This document shows, piece after piece, positions 1-10,974 of a stretch of 64,000 nt of DNA (position 1 is its first letter; the number at the start of each line of letters is the position of its first letter). The notes under the pieces are model-generated. The model was not told the DNA's origin and did no database searches. It saw only the letters and a program-made list of their open reading frames with translations. The translations under genes were made by a program, and so were the position numbers. The stretch is from Carpediemonas membranifera BICM (Eukaryota > Protista > Fornicata): positions 431,309 to 495,308 of the forward strand of contig JAHDYR010000003.1 in NCBI GenBank assembly GCA_019828565.1, read 5' to 3'.

Positions 1-2
1 TC

Positions 3-713
3 GTTCACAAGTTCAACCGAAAGATCTCCACCGCCACAGTGTGGCGCATACTACGCTTCAGCTTGAACATGACACGGAAGAGCCTCGAAAGACGAGCCAC
101 ACAAGCAACAAGCATGCAGTTTGCCCGGTTTAGTGCCGAGCTCAACGCCGTTTACCACTGTCAGGATCAGCTTATATTTGCTGACGAGACGGCAAAAGAC
201 CTTCGTGCTGGGATTAGGCTTCGCGGCTGGGCCACTGTTGGCCAGAGATGCAAAGTCACTCTGCCTTTCTCCCGCGGCCAGAGGTATAGTGTGTGCGCAT
301 GGCTGGGTCATGACGGCATACTAGGGCATACAATAACGCCAGGGACATTCGACAGGCAGCTATTCTACGACTCCTTTATCGCCAATGTGTATTACAAAAT
401 GAATCCATGGCCTGGGCCACGGTCGATCTTAATGCTCGACAACGCCTCAATTCACCACTTTCCTCAGTTGCAGCAATGTATCGACAACATTGGCGCCAAG
501 ATGATCTTTCTGCCCCCATACAGTCCGCACCTTAATCCCATAGAGGTCATGTTCTCCATCATCAAGTCTCGCATACAGAGAGATCAAGCTGCTTTTGCTC
601 AAGCTCCAGCATCCACACTGAGCAGGCTCTTCGCTGAAGTGACCAACAGTCAATCACACCTCTTCAGCTCCCATGGCTACCACGACGGGCAGCTGGACAT
701 ACACTTCAGATAA
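3..713 (+). CDS. Tc1/IS630-family DD34E transposase (5' end outside window)
   Basis: Motifs FADET...MLDNASIH...PPYSPHLNPIE, with 34 residues between the second D and E; HTH-like ISTATVWRIL upstream; frame open from base 3. Confidence 0.9.
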   Translation, partial: VHKFNRKISTATVWRILRFSLNMTRKSLERRATQATSMQFARFSAELNAVYHCQDQLIFADETAKDLRAGIRLRGWATVGQRCKVTLPFSRGQRYSVCAWLGHDGILGHTITPGTFDRQLFYDSFIANVYYKMNPWPGPRSILMLDNASIHHFPQLQQCIDNIGAKMIFLPPYSPHLNPIEVMFSIIKSRIQRDQAAFAQAPASTLSRLFAEVTNSQSHLFSSHGYHDGQLDIHFR

Positions 714-722
714 ACGCTTTAT

Positions 723-1454
723 TCAGTCTTCCTGGTGCTCGTAGTCGGGAATGTTGAGGCTGTTGGGCATGATAGGCGGCGGGGGACGACTGACCGGAGC
801 TGGAGTTGTCTGGGCGCGTCTCAGTAGTGCTCGGACTTCAGTTACACGCTCATAGGGGACTGGAACGAGGACATACGCATCCAAGTCGAAGTTGGGAGGC
901 CGTCTAGGATGCTGAGGTGTCTCTGCAAGCTCTTGGCTCGCTTGTGGCCGCTCGTATTGAACGCCAGCCGGTGGATCAAGGGCAGTGACTCCGTCAACTC
1001 CTGACGCCAGGGAGTGAGCCCAACCCATCAGCTGAGATTCGGTCAGGCCAGGATTGGCAGCACGAAGGATCTCGCGGGCTTCATGCAAAGCCTCTCGGCC
1101 GACGAGTGCGTTTCGCGGTTGGTGGACAGGTTGAGATGAAGCTGTGGTCTTGTTGGGGTCAGCAGTCCACACATATGCCTCAGGCTTGCTGCATCTGGTG
1201 AACTTGCTCCAGGCAGCCATAGTAATGTCTTCTAAGAAGACCTTATCATTGGGAAGCTTGTAACGTACCTGAATTCTCTGCTTTGCAACGCTCTCTGCAA
1301 TGTTATACCCCTTTTCGCTGACCAAGTTGCGAATATCACGCACGAAGGCTTCCATAGCTGTCCACTCTTGCTTCATCTGCACTATAAACGTGCAAAGTAC
1401 CTTGTTACGAGACTTCTTCACCTTAATAGTAACATCCGTTCCCTCATCGTCCAT
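723..1454 (-). CDS. Hypothetical 243-aa protein convergent with the transposase (possible accessory gene)
   Basis: ATG-initiated ORF whose stop lies 9 bp from the transposase stop; contains QLMGWAHSLASG...DPP and a Pro-rich tail. Confidence 0.6.
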   Translation of the reverse strand: MDDEGTDVTIKVKKSRNKVLCTFIVQMKQEWTAMEAFVRDIRNLVSEKGYNIAESVAKQRIQVRYKLPNDKVFLEDITMAAWSKFTRCSKPEAYVWTADPNKTTASSQPVHQPRNALVGREALHEAREILRAANPGLTESQLMGWAHSLASGVDGVTALDPPAGVQYERPQASQELAETPQHPRRPPNFDLDAYVLVPVPYERVTEVRALLRRAQTTPAPVSRPPPPIMPNSLNIPDYEHQED

Positions 1455-1513
1455 CGCTCAATTCACCTGTTTTCAGCACTCAAAACACAGTGTTTGATTG
1501 CTTAATTCAGGAC

Positions 1514-1759
1514 TCAAAATAAACAAGCTCGTGGTTGATTTAAGGTGAAAAAAGCAATACCTTGGAGGATTTTGACTGCCCATGAAGCAACCCGGTCAGT
1601 GGACAGCTCTTTGGCAAGATCGTTGCCTTCAATGAGCTCCATCATGACCGAGAGGATTGTTCTGCCATCCTCACGGTTGATTAGAGCCCTATACGGACAA
1701 CTAGTCCTGTTGTGGCCAGGGCGGCTGCACAGCGAACACGGCATCAGCCTCTTGTTCAC
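1514..1759 (-). CDS. Small zinc-knuckle protein
   Basis: MPCSLCSRPGHNRTSC (C-x2-C-x4-H-x4-C); ATG at 1744. Confidence 0.45.
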   Translation of the reverse strand: MNKRLMPCSLCSRPGHNRTSCPYRALINREDGRTILSVMMELIEGNDLAKELSTDRVASWAVKILQGIAFFTLNQPRACLF

Positions 1760-1965
1760 AGTTCTGGAATGTCTTTAAACTGCTGGAGATGATGTGGTCA
1801 TTTTATTCTGGGGCAACAATACATTAGGCCGATGTTGTCGGGTTAACTACTGCTAAGCGGCTGCTGAAGGAGGCTGTGGTAATGCCCGTCAAGTATCCAG
1901 CCCTATTTGACTCTGTCCTGCAGCCGTGGAGGGGCGTGCTCCTCTTTGGTCCAAGTGGAACTGGT

Positions 1966-2025
1966 GTTTGTACCCATATTTTTATTAGTAATTTATTATT
2001 AATTTATTATTAATTTATTATACAG
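1966..2025 (+). other. 60-nt AT-rich spliceosomal intron splitting Walker A (GTG/KT)
   Basis: GTTTGT...TACAG; splicing restores GPSGTGKT. Confidence 0.85.
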
Positions 2026-2106
2026 AAGACCTTGCTCGCCAAGGCCGTTGCTACAGAGTGCCAGACGACATTCTTCAACTGCAAGGCCTCTGTCAGCCAT
2101 TTATAT

Positions 2107-3087
2107 ATGAGATACGTATTGGATAAGGGACCTTTATGTACACAGCCTGAGATTCACGCAGTCCTCTCATTTGCCGAGAAATTGGATAAGCATGTTCGCG
2201 CGGGCGGAAAGAGGCGCTTGCTTAAGCGACTCGGACCCGCGGTGACCTCATACTGCAAGGCGATGGGTACTGATATTACCAGAAAGTATCAGGCCGCAAA
2301 ACATCACGATGATGGCTCCAAAAGAACGAAGCACGAACGCGAGGACATCGTATTCCAGGCGATTGTGGACATTGTTAAGCCCTCCGATGCGATCCTTGAG
2401 CGCCGCCTTTTCGACCTATCGACCACTGGTATCGATATTGGCCGCCTATCTCTCTATATCGACCGCTTCGCTTCCCGCCGCCGTCTCATTGCACCCACGG
2501 GCAAGGATTCAGTCCTTCGCGGCCAGTTTTTGCGCGGAATCCAAGACGAAACGCTCAGAGAGGAGGTTTCTCACGCCTCCAAGGGTCTGTCACTTGACGC
2601 GACCTTTTCGACCGCCCTCCTGACATGTAAGCGTCTGGAGGAAGCAATCAAGCTCACTTCAACGTCCAAGCCTGCCCCTGCTCAAGAGCGCGAACGCTCT
2701 AAGCAGTCCGCTGTCCGCAAACGCCCCCCGCGTGAGCAGCGCGAGCCTCAGGATCAGCCGCGCCAAGACAAGCGGCAGCAACACCAGCCCCGCCAGTATC
2801 AGACGCACTTCCACCAGCAAGGCCAACGTCACGGTCAGCGTCAGCAGCAGACGCAACACCACGGTCACCAGCGAGACATCGTATGCTTTAACTGCGGCAG
2901 GCCGAACCACCGCGCTTTCGAATGCACCAGAGAGAAGGCCGTGTGCGCGAAGTGCGGCAAGTCGGGGCACCTAGACAAGTTCTGTCAGGTAAACCCCAGA
3001 TCATGCTTCTCTGTCTCTGTTTCTACGTCGGCGGCTGAAGGCCAGCGCTCCCCTACCCGTCGTGAGTGCCGTCGTCCCTATGGGTAG
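2107..3087 (+). CDS. gag: Gag of element F (two CCHC knuckles)
   Basis: CFNCGRPNHRAFEC and CAKCGKSGHLDKFC after a Q-rich linker; start codon uncertain. Confidence 0.85.
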   Translation: MRYVLDKGPLCTQPEIHAVLSFAEKLDKHVRAGGKRRLLKRLGPAVTSYCKAMGTDITRKYQAAKHHDDGSKRTKHEREDIVFQAIVDIVKPSDAILERRLFDLSTTGIDIGRLSLYIDRFASRRRLIAPTGKDSVLRGQFLRGIQDETLREEVSHASKGLSLDATFSTALLTCKRLEEAIKLTSTSKPAPAQERERSKQSAVRKRPPREQREPQDQPRQDKRQQHQPRQYQTHFHQQGQRHGQRQQQTQHHGHQRDIVCFNCGRPNHRAFECTREKAVCAKCGKSGHLDKFCQVNPRSCFSVSVSTSAAEGQRSPTRRECRRPYG

Positions 3088-6083
3088 CGACGAATCTACC
3101 ACATGGCACCGTGTCTTATTCGACTGTGGTGCTGACATTTCTCTTGTCAACCCGGCTTCCGCCAGAGCGGCCGAGCTCATTCCGACGAAGCTCGCTGCAC
3201 CCATTAAGATCAAGACTCCGGGTGGAACGATCGAGACTGATACGTGTTATGAGGTGCCGTTGAAGATGTGTAAGTCACCTTTCACCCCGAAAGGTCTATC
3301 CACCACAGTCTCCGCGTATGGGGTTGACTGTGCTTATGATCTCCTCTTGTCATATCAGACCATGGTCGAGTGGGGTATTCTCCCTAGCTTGTGTGAACCG
3401 TCTCAGTCTGACAATGAAGACGCCTTGGAGCCTTTCGTGCCAGAGCCTGAGCCGCTCCAGGCGTATACTCTGTCTTCGGACTACACTCTCACTCATGACC
3501 GCATCCTCGCAGCTTATGCTCATTGCTTTGATGCTCGAGAAGGGTTCTCAGCATTAGAGCCATACGACCTCGTACTCAAGGAGGACCGCGTCGTCGCCAC
3601 GAGATCCAATTACATACCGTACCAGAAGCAGGGCCTGTTCGACGAGCACGTCAACGAACTACTGTCGAAGAAATACATCGAGGCCAGCTTCTCGCCATAC
3701 TCTTCTCCAGCATTGCTCGTCCCCAAGGGCAAGGACAAGACCAGGATGGTCGTCGACTTCCGCAGAATCAACGATTTGACCACGCCATTCGACTATCCGA
3801 TCCCCGAGGTTAACACGTGCTTGACCAGGCTTGCTGGTGCCAAGGTCTTCGCCACTCTCGACCTCTCGAAAGGGTATCACCAGGTCGAGCTGACCGAGCG
3901 TTCTAGGCAATACACGGCGTTTATGACCCCCCGTGGGAAGTTCCAATACACCGGAATGCCGTTCGGCCTGAAGAACGCTGGCGCGCACTTTCAGTACGCG
4001 ATTGAGCGCGGGTTCCAGGACCTCTTAGGCGACGCCTGCATTATATATATAGATGACATTATCATCTTTGGACGCTCGGAGCAGGAATATCTGGCCAACC
4101 TCGCTAAGGTGCTCCGCCGATGTGACGAGCTCAAGCTATCGTTGAACAAGGAGAAGTCGCATTTCGGCCTAGCCGAAGTGGAGTTCCTAGGATGGGTTGT
4201 GTCCGGCTCGGGTTTCCGGATTGCTCCAGACAGGATCCGCGATGTAGAAGGCCTGCGGCTACCGAAGACGAAGAAGGCCACGCAGGCCCTTATGGGATTC
4301 CTCAACTTTATGAGAGACTTTGTTCCTAACTTCTCCGAGCTTATCCGACCGTTAGCCCGGGCGGCAAGCGGCAAGGAGGCTCCGGACGGATTACCTCAGG
4401 CAGAGGCGCTGGCCAAGGTTAAGGACCGCCTCTGCCACGCACCGGCACTCGAGCACTTTGACGTTTCGAAGGATCATGTGGTCATGACAGACGCGTCTGA
4501 TCTCGGGATCGGGGGTGTTCTCCTCCAGGACGGCAAGCCGGTGTGTTATATGTCCCACGCGTTCTCAGATGTGCAGACGCGTTGGAGCACGATCGAACAG
4601 GAAGCGTATGCGATTGTCACCGCCCTCCAGAGGTGGCGCCGTTTCCTGTGCTGGACGTCGTTTACTCTCCTCACTGACCACCGGAACCTGGTCTACATGT
4701 CACGATCGTCTAACGCAAAAGTCCAGCGTTGGTACGAGTCAATCGCAGACCTAGACTTCACAGTGAAGCATGTGGCCGGGGTTGACAACGGAGCGGCGGA
4801 CGGGCTGAGTCGAGTCTTCTCCGCAACTGCCAGACAGGCAACAGCTACCGATGACGAGATCCAGGCAGCTCATATGCACGGCCAGGCCCACCTCCCGGTT
4901 TATACGACGGTAGAGTGGCTGAGATCTAACGGGCTCCGGGCTCCAGTGGATAGGGTAGCGCGGGTCATGGATCGTTGCCCCGTGTGCCAACTTACCGCCA
5001 AGCCGGCCGAGGCGTCCAGACCGTACCTCCACACGGCGAGCCTGCGACCGTTCCAGCGGGTAGCCATGGATACTATTGGCCCCCTACCAGAGTCTCGCGG
5101 GTACAAGTTCATCTTAGTTATTATTGATATGGCCTCGCGGTGGACCGAGCTCGTCCCACTCAAGTCCACAAGGGCGGACGAAGCTGTGACTGCCTTCGTC
5201 AACGGATGGATTCTCCGGTACGGCGTGCCCAGAGTTCTACAGACAGACGGTGGCAAGCAGTTCGTCAACAAGCTATTCACAGATCTATCGGTGCGCGTAG
5301 GGTTTGCTACTCACGTCACCACCCCCGTACCATCCACAGTCAAACGGCATTGTGGAACGGGCGAACAGCCGCATTGAGCGCATTTTACGCAACAGGCAAT
5401 ACCAGCTTCGGAGCGAGTTGTGGTCAGACTCCCTCCCTGTCGCGCAGTATATCGTCAACGCGTCTCCCCACACCGCGACACGCTTAACACCGGCCGAGGT
5501 CATCTTCGGTAGCGATTTCCGTGTCCCGGCAGACGTGATGATGGCAGACGTCCAGAGTATGGCTGGACAGCCCAGCAGTAATGTTCAAGCAGCTCAGTTA
5601 GCCCGAGACTTGGCAGAGGCGAGAATCAAGGTCATGCACCAAGATGCGCTAGACAAAGTGTCAGCAACGACACCTATCTCGTCCGACTATGTGTTGGTCA
5701 AGTACCCGAATGGACCGCCGTCCAAGTTGGCGTCAGGATGGCGAGGGCCTATGAAGCTAGTGCGTCCTATCGTGAGGCAGAACCTCACGGTGGGCTATGT
5801 CGTCAAGGATGTCAACACAAAGAAGGAGTTCCAAGTCGCCTCGGAGAGAGTTCGCGCCTTTATGGGTGAGTTGTCCGAGCAACGGGCCCAGGAACTCGCG
5901 GCAGTCACGCTCGGTGAATATCTGGTCGAGTCCATACTAGAGTCGACGAGTGAGGCCAGGATGAGAGACAGGAAGTTCCGGGTTAGATGGCTGGGATATG
6001 AGCCGTCAGAGGACACATGGGAACCATATGGGAATGTCAAGGGTTGTGAAGCACTGGATGTATTCCTGGGAAGGGCCAAGTAA
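3062..6083 (+). CDS. pol: Pol of element F (PR, RT, RNase H, IN, chromodomain); frameshift near 5322
   Basis: LFDCGAD, YIDDI, MTDASDLGIGG, AMDTIGP, QTDGG, YHPQSNGIVER, YLVESIL...VRWLGYEPSEDTWEP. Confidence 0.93.
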
Positions 6084-6112
6084 ATGGCGCCCAGAGAGAG
6101 TCACAATCTGAT

Positions 6113-7561
6113 TTATTCAATGGCACCAAGGCTGTCACCAAGCTCAAAGAAGATGCCGTCATGCTCCCAGCGCCGACGAACACGACGCCATAAGTTATGC
6201 TCGTTGAGATAACGAGTGACAGGCATGGTGCGGCAAAGATCCTGGGTCAGGAAGGTCAGTGACGGCAGCGGATAGCCCGAAAACTGGACGAGCAGGATGA
6301 ACGACTCCTCCTGGCGGGCGTTCTCGTAGAGCTCGATGTGCTCTTTGACCTCCACCACACCGTACGCGGCGGACGTGTCCGTGAGCTGGAGCGTGAACAG
6401 CTCCTTGTTCATGGCAAGCTCCATAGCCGGGAGATGCTCAAGCCGGACACAGGTCCAATAGGCCCGAACGAAGTCGCGGGAGCGGGTGGCGGTCAGGCGC
6501 GAGGCACCGCGGTTCTCAGCCGCCATAAGCAGCGAGAACATGGCTGGGTGTCGGCCTGCCATCACCACGCGCTTGAGGAGGTCCACCACCACATCACGAG
6601 AGACCGTGGCACCCGGCTCTCGAGTGCGCTTCAGCGCCAGGAGGGCTCCCTCAGCTGTGGCGACGTGGTTTGTGGCAAACCGGTCGCTCGTCCCGCCCTG
6701 GACCAGAGCCGCGGCTACGGCGCGAGTGTCTTGGACACCCTCCATGGAGCGCTGGAGAGCGCACCCGATGGCCGTCACCTCCGCGAACCGACGAAGGATG
6801 TCGGCAGAGACGTAAGCAGCCGTGACCTCGGTCATAGCGCTGCCGAAGAGCTTCCCGGTCTGAACTCGGTCGAGGAGGGCTGTGAAATTGACTTCGAAGC
6901 AGTTGGAGAAGCGAGCAGTGCTGATCTCCGCAAAGGTGGTGCGGAAGGTCTCGACCTGACGCTGCTCGCGTGCCGGAAGAGGTTCGGCGGGCTCGGTCGG
7001 CTCGGCGACGGTCACAATAGCCCTAGGGGTTTCGACATTGGCGCGGTAGCGGGTCTGTCGGTGGAATGGGCGGACAGGGACCTCTACGACACGCTGGTTG
7101 AACTCAGCGCCCAGCTCACTCGTGCGGGTGATTGTGGTCTGAGCAGATTCGGGATGGCAGTCGGTGATGTGCCGTCCGGAGCGTCGAGGTCGGAGAACGG
7201 TGCGATCGGGAGCTGAACCAGCTTCTTGGTGCGAAATGGCATCACCATCGGTGTTCTCAGCGGTGTTTTCAGTGGATGGAGGCGTGTGAGAACCTTCAGT
7301 AGCTTCCTGGGAGCCGTCACCATTCAGCAGCTCGACATGCTTTCGCTTCAAGGCCTGAAGATCGGAGATGAGCACACCAGTAGGATTGGCCGTCATATAC
7401 TGGTCGATTGCAGCAAAGAGTTCCTCCTCTACGTTTGTCATAGCGCCGTTTGAAATCTGGGAGGCGTCCCAGATTTGATTTACATGTATACATGAGTTAT
7501 ATAATCTCAGGAGGACACCCACCGCGCAAGTTACAGACGCTGAGCACGCCTGTATAGCCAA
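6113..7561 (-). CDS. Antisense accessory ORF of element F with C-terminal chromodomain-like segment (alternative start 7441)
   Basis: 482-aa ORF between the pol stop and the 3' LTR, not overlapping pol; YGVVEVKEH...LLVQFSGYP..SLTF...VTRYL follows the chromodomain pattern. Confidence 0.75.
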   Translation of the reverse strand: MAIQACSASVTCAVGVLLRLYNSCIHVNQIWDASQISNGAMTNVEEELFAAIDQYMTANPTGVLISDLQALKRKHVELLNGDGSQEATEGSHTPPSTENTAENTDGDAISHQEAGSAPDRTVLRPRRSGRHITDCHPESAQTTITRTSELGAEFNQRVVEVPVRPFHRQTRYRANVETPRAIVTVAEPTEPAEPLPAREQRQVETFRTTFAEISTARFSNCFEVNFTALLDRVQTGKLFGSAMTEVTAAYVSADILRRFAEVTAIGCALQRSMEGVQDTRAVAAALVQGGTSDRFATNHVATAEGALLALKRTREPGATVSRDVVVDLLKRVVMAGRHPAMFSLLMAAENRGASRLTATRSRDFVRAYWTCVRLEHLPAMELAMNKELFTLQLTDTSAAYGVVEVKEHIELYENARQEESFILLVQFSGYPLPSLTFLTQDLCRTMPVTRYLNEHNLWRRVRRRWEHDGIFFELGDSLGAIE

Positions 7562-8318
7562 TACTGGCCAAGGGACAGCCGTTCACGTATTCTCTCGCGC
7601 GTTTTATGCCGAGACGAGATCTCGAGGAAAAGGGGAAGAAAAACACCTCCAAGAAGTGATAATGGACAAAGTTTATACGAAGAACGTGGTTTTGATGTTG
7701 GTTATTCATGATGGAGCTCGTATTCTGGGCACAAGAAGTCCGAGCGGAGACGAAGAGAAGAAAACTCCCGTATCTCGCCAAGGAAGCGGAATTGGAGCTA
7801 GTTAACTGCATTTTTGAAGCCTATGTAAGAAATAGCGGAAGAGGAGCACAAACCGCCAACTATTCCGAATCAAGCCGAATGCATGACATAACCTGCACGG
7901 TTTGATGCAATCAGACAGAACACTGGTATGTATCGACTACTAGGAGGGGCAGGATCCCCAGGTAAGATACCCATGACACAGCGCGCTTATTTAGTGGTAC
8001 CACGAGTCTTTTCGAATCTGTAGAATCTTTGCGCAATCTAGAAAAGCTTTAGAGAATTTCCGTGGGTGGACTCCACGCCGGGCGATGGCTTAGGACGCTA
8101 TGTCGTCAGCCTAGTCAACGGATACTATCCGGCGTACACGCAAGTCCCGTGTGCGCGACGGTCAGCCCTCTAAGTTGAACTTAGTTGGCATCCCCGGATC
8201 ACTGGTCATTCCCCAGCGATCGACGGTTATAGGGTCAGCACTCTTGGGCTGTTCCCCCAAGACCTGATTAACAATGGTATCCTTTTCGTGATGCTCTTAA
8301 CAGAGCATGGGGGGGAAG

Positions 8319-8426
8319 TGTCAGCCATTTATATATGAGATACGTATTTGATACGGTCTTGATCCGTCCAGCTCGACACCCTTGTGTCGAGCTCTCTTTG
8401 TAAAGTCTTTTTCCTTAGTGATCACA
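8319..8426 (+). repeat. 3' LTR of F (108 bp) with a 10-bp-stem hairpin at 8370-8393
   Basis: TGTCAGCC...GTGATCACA; AGCTCGACAC-CCTT-GTGTCGAGCT. Confidence 0.9.
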
Positions 8427-9654
8427 CCTCCACGCTTGTGTCCAAGTGGCGGGGCGAGTCAGAGAAGCTCATCAGAGTTTTGTTCGACATGGCCCGCTAC
8501 TACGCCCCCAGTACCATATTTATTGATGAAATTGACTCACTCATGACTGAACGGTCGACCTCTGGGGAGCATGAGGGCTCTCGGCGTCTCAAGACTGAGT
8601 TACTCATCCAAATGGACGGACTACACCAGCATGACGCCTCCAAGCGGGTGTTCGTGATGTGCGCGTCCAACCTCCCGTGGCAGCTCGACTCTGCCCTGCT
8701 GAGGCGGCTGGACAAGCGCATCCTGGTCGACCTGCCCTCAGCTGATGCTCGTCAAACTATTCTTACAAACCAACTCTCGGATAGAATCGACGAGAGAGCA
8801 TTGGGGATTCTGCCTGATATAGTAGACGCCACTGATGGATTAAGCGGCAGTGATCTCGTTCTCATGTGCCGAGAGGCACTCATGCGTCCCATCCGACGCT
8901 TCATGGACTCTTTGGATGATGATCTCGAGTTCCCGGGCACAGGTGAGGCTGGCGAGGGGGCTGAAGACGGTGAGGCCGAGGGCAAGGTCGAGCCGGTCAC
9001 TGCGGAGGATCTGAAGGCTGCTCAGGCTGCGACAACGGCCACGACCAATGCTGACTGGCGGCAACGGTGTGCAAAGTTCATGGATGAGCGCGGTGCAGCT
9101 TAAAGTGGTTGACATGACACTTTTGTACGATTGTAAAGTCAAGCCCGAATCGGCCAGGTCAAGGACACGAAACGATGATCGCTCGGCTATTGCTTCGGCT
9201 CTGCTGGCGTAGGGGTGATAGCTTGAATTTGGTGCACCCCGCAACCGCCGAATGGTGACAGCTCAAGGCTCAACTTGGTCTCCTCCAAGGAGCCAAGTTC
9301 TCGAGGACGTTGGGCGGCCCTCCTGCTTGGATGCTCCTGCCTAGTGAGTCATGAGACTGGCTGAGCGCGACCTCACTGTTACGATGAGACTCGGCAAGCT
9401 GGCCACCAACAAGACCCGCCCTTACCCGACAGCACCGTCGTCGCTCTACTCGCTGCCGGGAATGACTGAGTGCATCCAGACGATGAATGGATGGTCACAA
9501 CTACAGTTGGTGATAAGCATCGCCTTGTTCGATAACCGTACGCCCGGTCGCCCATCGCCTCGGGCGGGCGACGACAAGCAATATCAACTGGGATATCGTG
9601 CAGAGTCTTGGAATTGCTCTGGACAGAGCCGACTTCAGTTAGGGGCGTTCTCGT

Positions 9655-10974
9655 TTACTGTTCGGTCCATGGGTCGACGTCGATGAGAACCATATCCAGA
9701 CCCGAAATACGCGTTTCCGCCAACATGACCACTTCGCCGCTGTCGGACAGCTTAAACCACTGCCCGGAAGCGTCGCAGATGTAGTTGCAGATGCAGGTGT
9801 AGATGATGTTGGCTCTGATTGAAGTCACCTCGAAGGGGATGATGGTTGAGCTGCAAATTTCAGAAATGTAATGGCTCTTGTCCTCTGTGACCCAGATCAT
9901 ATAGTGATTAGATGCGAATAACGCATTGACCCTCTCTGGGAATCGGAGCGGGGTGTGAGGCACTTTTCGTACTTGCGGTATCCAGGCAGTAGGCCCGACT
10001 GGGCGATATGAGGGGGAACTTCACCGGCGAAGAGCAGCTGGCGACCGCTGAGGAAGATGTTGAAGAACCATTCGGGCATGATCCGGTCGACCCTGAAGGG
10101 CAGGTCGACGAAGCCGGCCATATGATTACGGTGCCCGAGCCCCAACTTGCCAAGTTGGTTGTCTCCGCTGATCATCTGCCGATCGCCCATAGATAGGATG
10201 ACAATTGAGTCGCCTTGCATGATGTGATCTGGGACAAAGCCAGGTGGCACGGCGACTGGGTGGAAGATGTACCTGAGGCGGGTCGGGTCGACGAAGTCAG
10301 ATGACCTGAACCCCAGCTGACCATTGTTGCGAACACCCCAGCCCCACAGGCCCTTGGGTGTCCGGGCGATGTGGGTGAACCTGTTGTTGTAGACCTCTAG
10401 TGCTCTGGGAATTCTGGCCACGGTGAGGGCGGTGTGATGCCTTGTGTCGAGCATGAAGAGTCGGCCCATGTACATGCGGTGGTGGTAGCAGCCGCGGTAA
10501 ATTATACTATGGCTCTCGCCGTCCTTCTCGGCGACGTTCCATGTGAAGAAGAACTTGCGGCAGAGGAACCAGAGGCACTTGGCCTCGGGGGTGAGAGCCT
10601 TGCGGATCCTGTCATGCATTTTGGTTTCGTCAGGCACCCCCTCTTGAGTCTTCTTCAGCACCCTGTCCTCGAGGTCGGGGTCGGCCCCGCCACCCAGCAG
10701 ACACGCCCACTCCGCGCCCTGGTTGAGCGTGTGCAGCGCGGCCGGGAGGTCCTCGCCGAACTCGTGAGTGAAGGCCTCTCGCATGAGATTAGGAATATCG
10801 CCTGGAAAATCAACATAGTCGTGTGAAATGACGGAATGCAGGCCAATCATTGCATCTTGTTGGACGTCTCTGCCGCTCTTGGGCTCTGAAGAGCGCATTG
10901 CTGCGAGGCCGGCCAGAGCGCCTGCGCAGATTATTTGCTCTGAGGACGTCTGCGCGCTGCTTGTAAGAATCCAT
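9655..10974 (-). pseudogene. RCC1/BLIP-II-like beta-propeller family protein, frameshifted (pseudogene or sequence errors)
   Basis: GLWGWGVRNNGQLG and ISGDNQLGKLGLG RCC1-type motifs; frames 9897-10898 and 9655-9963 overlap; probable start MDSYKQRAD at 10974 in another frame. Confidence 0.65.

Larger units (their letters stand above)
2091..8426 (+). mobile_element. Ty3/gypsy chromovirus-like LTR retrotransposon F
   Basis: TG...CA ends; CCTC TSD (2087-2090, 8427-8430); PPT CATGGGGGGGAAG before the 3' LTR; order gag-PR-RT-RH-IN-chromodomain. The 5' LTR matches only the first 30 bp of the 3' LTR. Confidence 0.95.
1828..9103 (+). pseudogene. KATNAL2: Katanin p60 subunit A-like AAA ATPase, interrupted by element F; exons 1828-1965 and 2026-2090 + 8431-9103
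   Basis: Joined reading [20 protein letters not shown]...[23 protein letters not shown]...NCKA/STLVSKWRGESEKL...IFIDEIDSL...EHEGSRRLKTELLIQMDGL...RRLDKRILVDLP (Walker A/B, SRH). Removing 2091-8430 restores the frame. The 5' end is unresolved (in-frame TAG at 1825). Confidence 0.88.

Noticed and set aside
1825-1827. In-frame TAG before the katanin exon as stop-codon reassignment
   Set aside because: More simply a splice acceptor (CATTAG), an element boundary or a TGG-to-TAG mutation; TAG, TAA and TGA all end ORFs in this window.
2120-2135. TGGATAAGGGACC as a tRNA PBS for F
   Set aside because: It does not follow a CA LTR end, lies at an apparent deletion junction, and matches no tRNA 3' end I recognise.
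3040-3090. Programmed gag-pol frameshift in F, and the frameshifts in B, C, E, A2 and X genes
   Set aside because: The shifts I traced mostly sit in homopolymer runs and differ between near-identical copies, and D is a single ORF. Long-read indel errors are more likely. The transposase breaks remain unresolved.
7942-7955. 14-nt match to the PPT of element A inside F
   Set aside because: Chance 14-mer matches are expected in 64 kb, and no LTR follows it.
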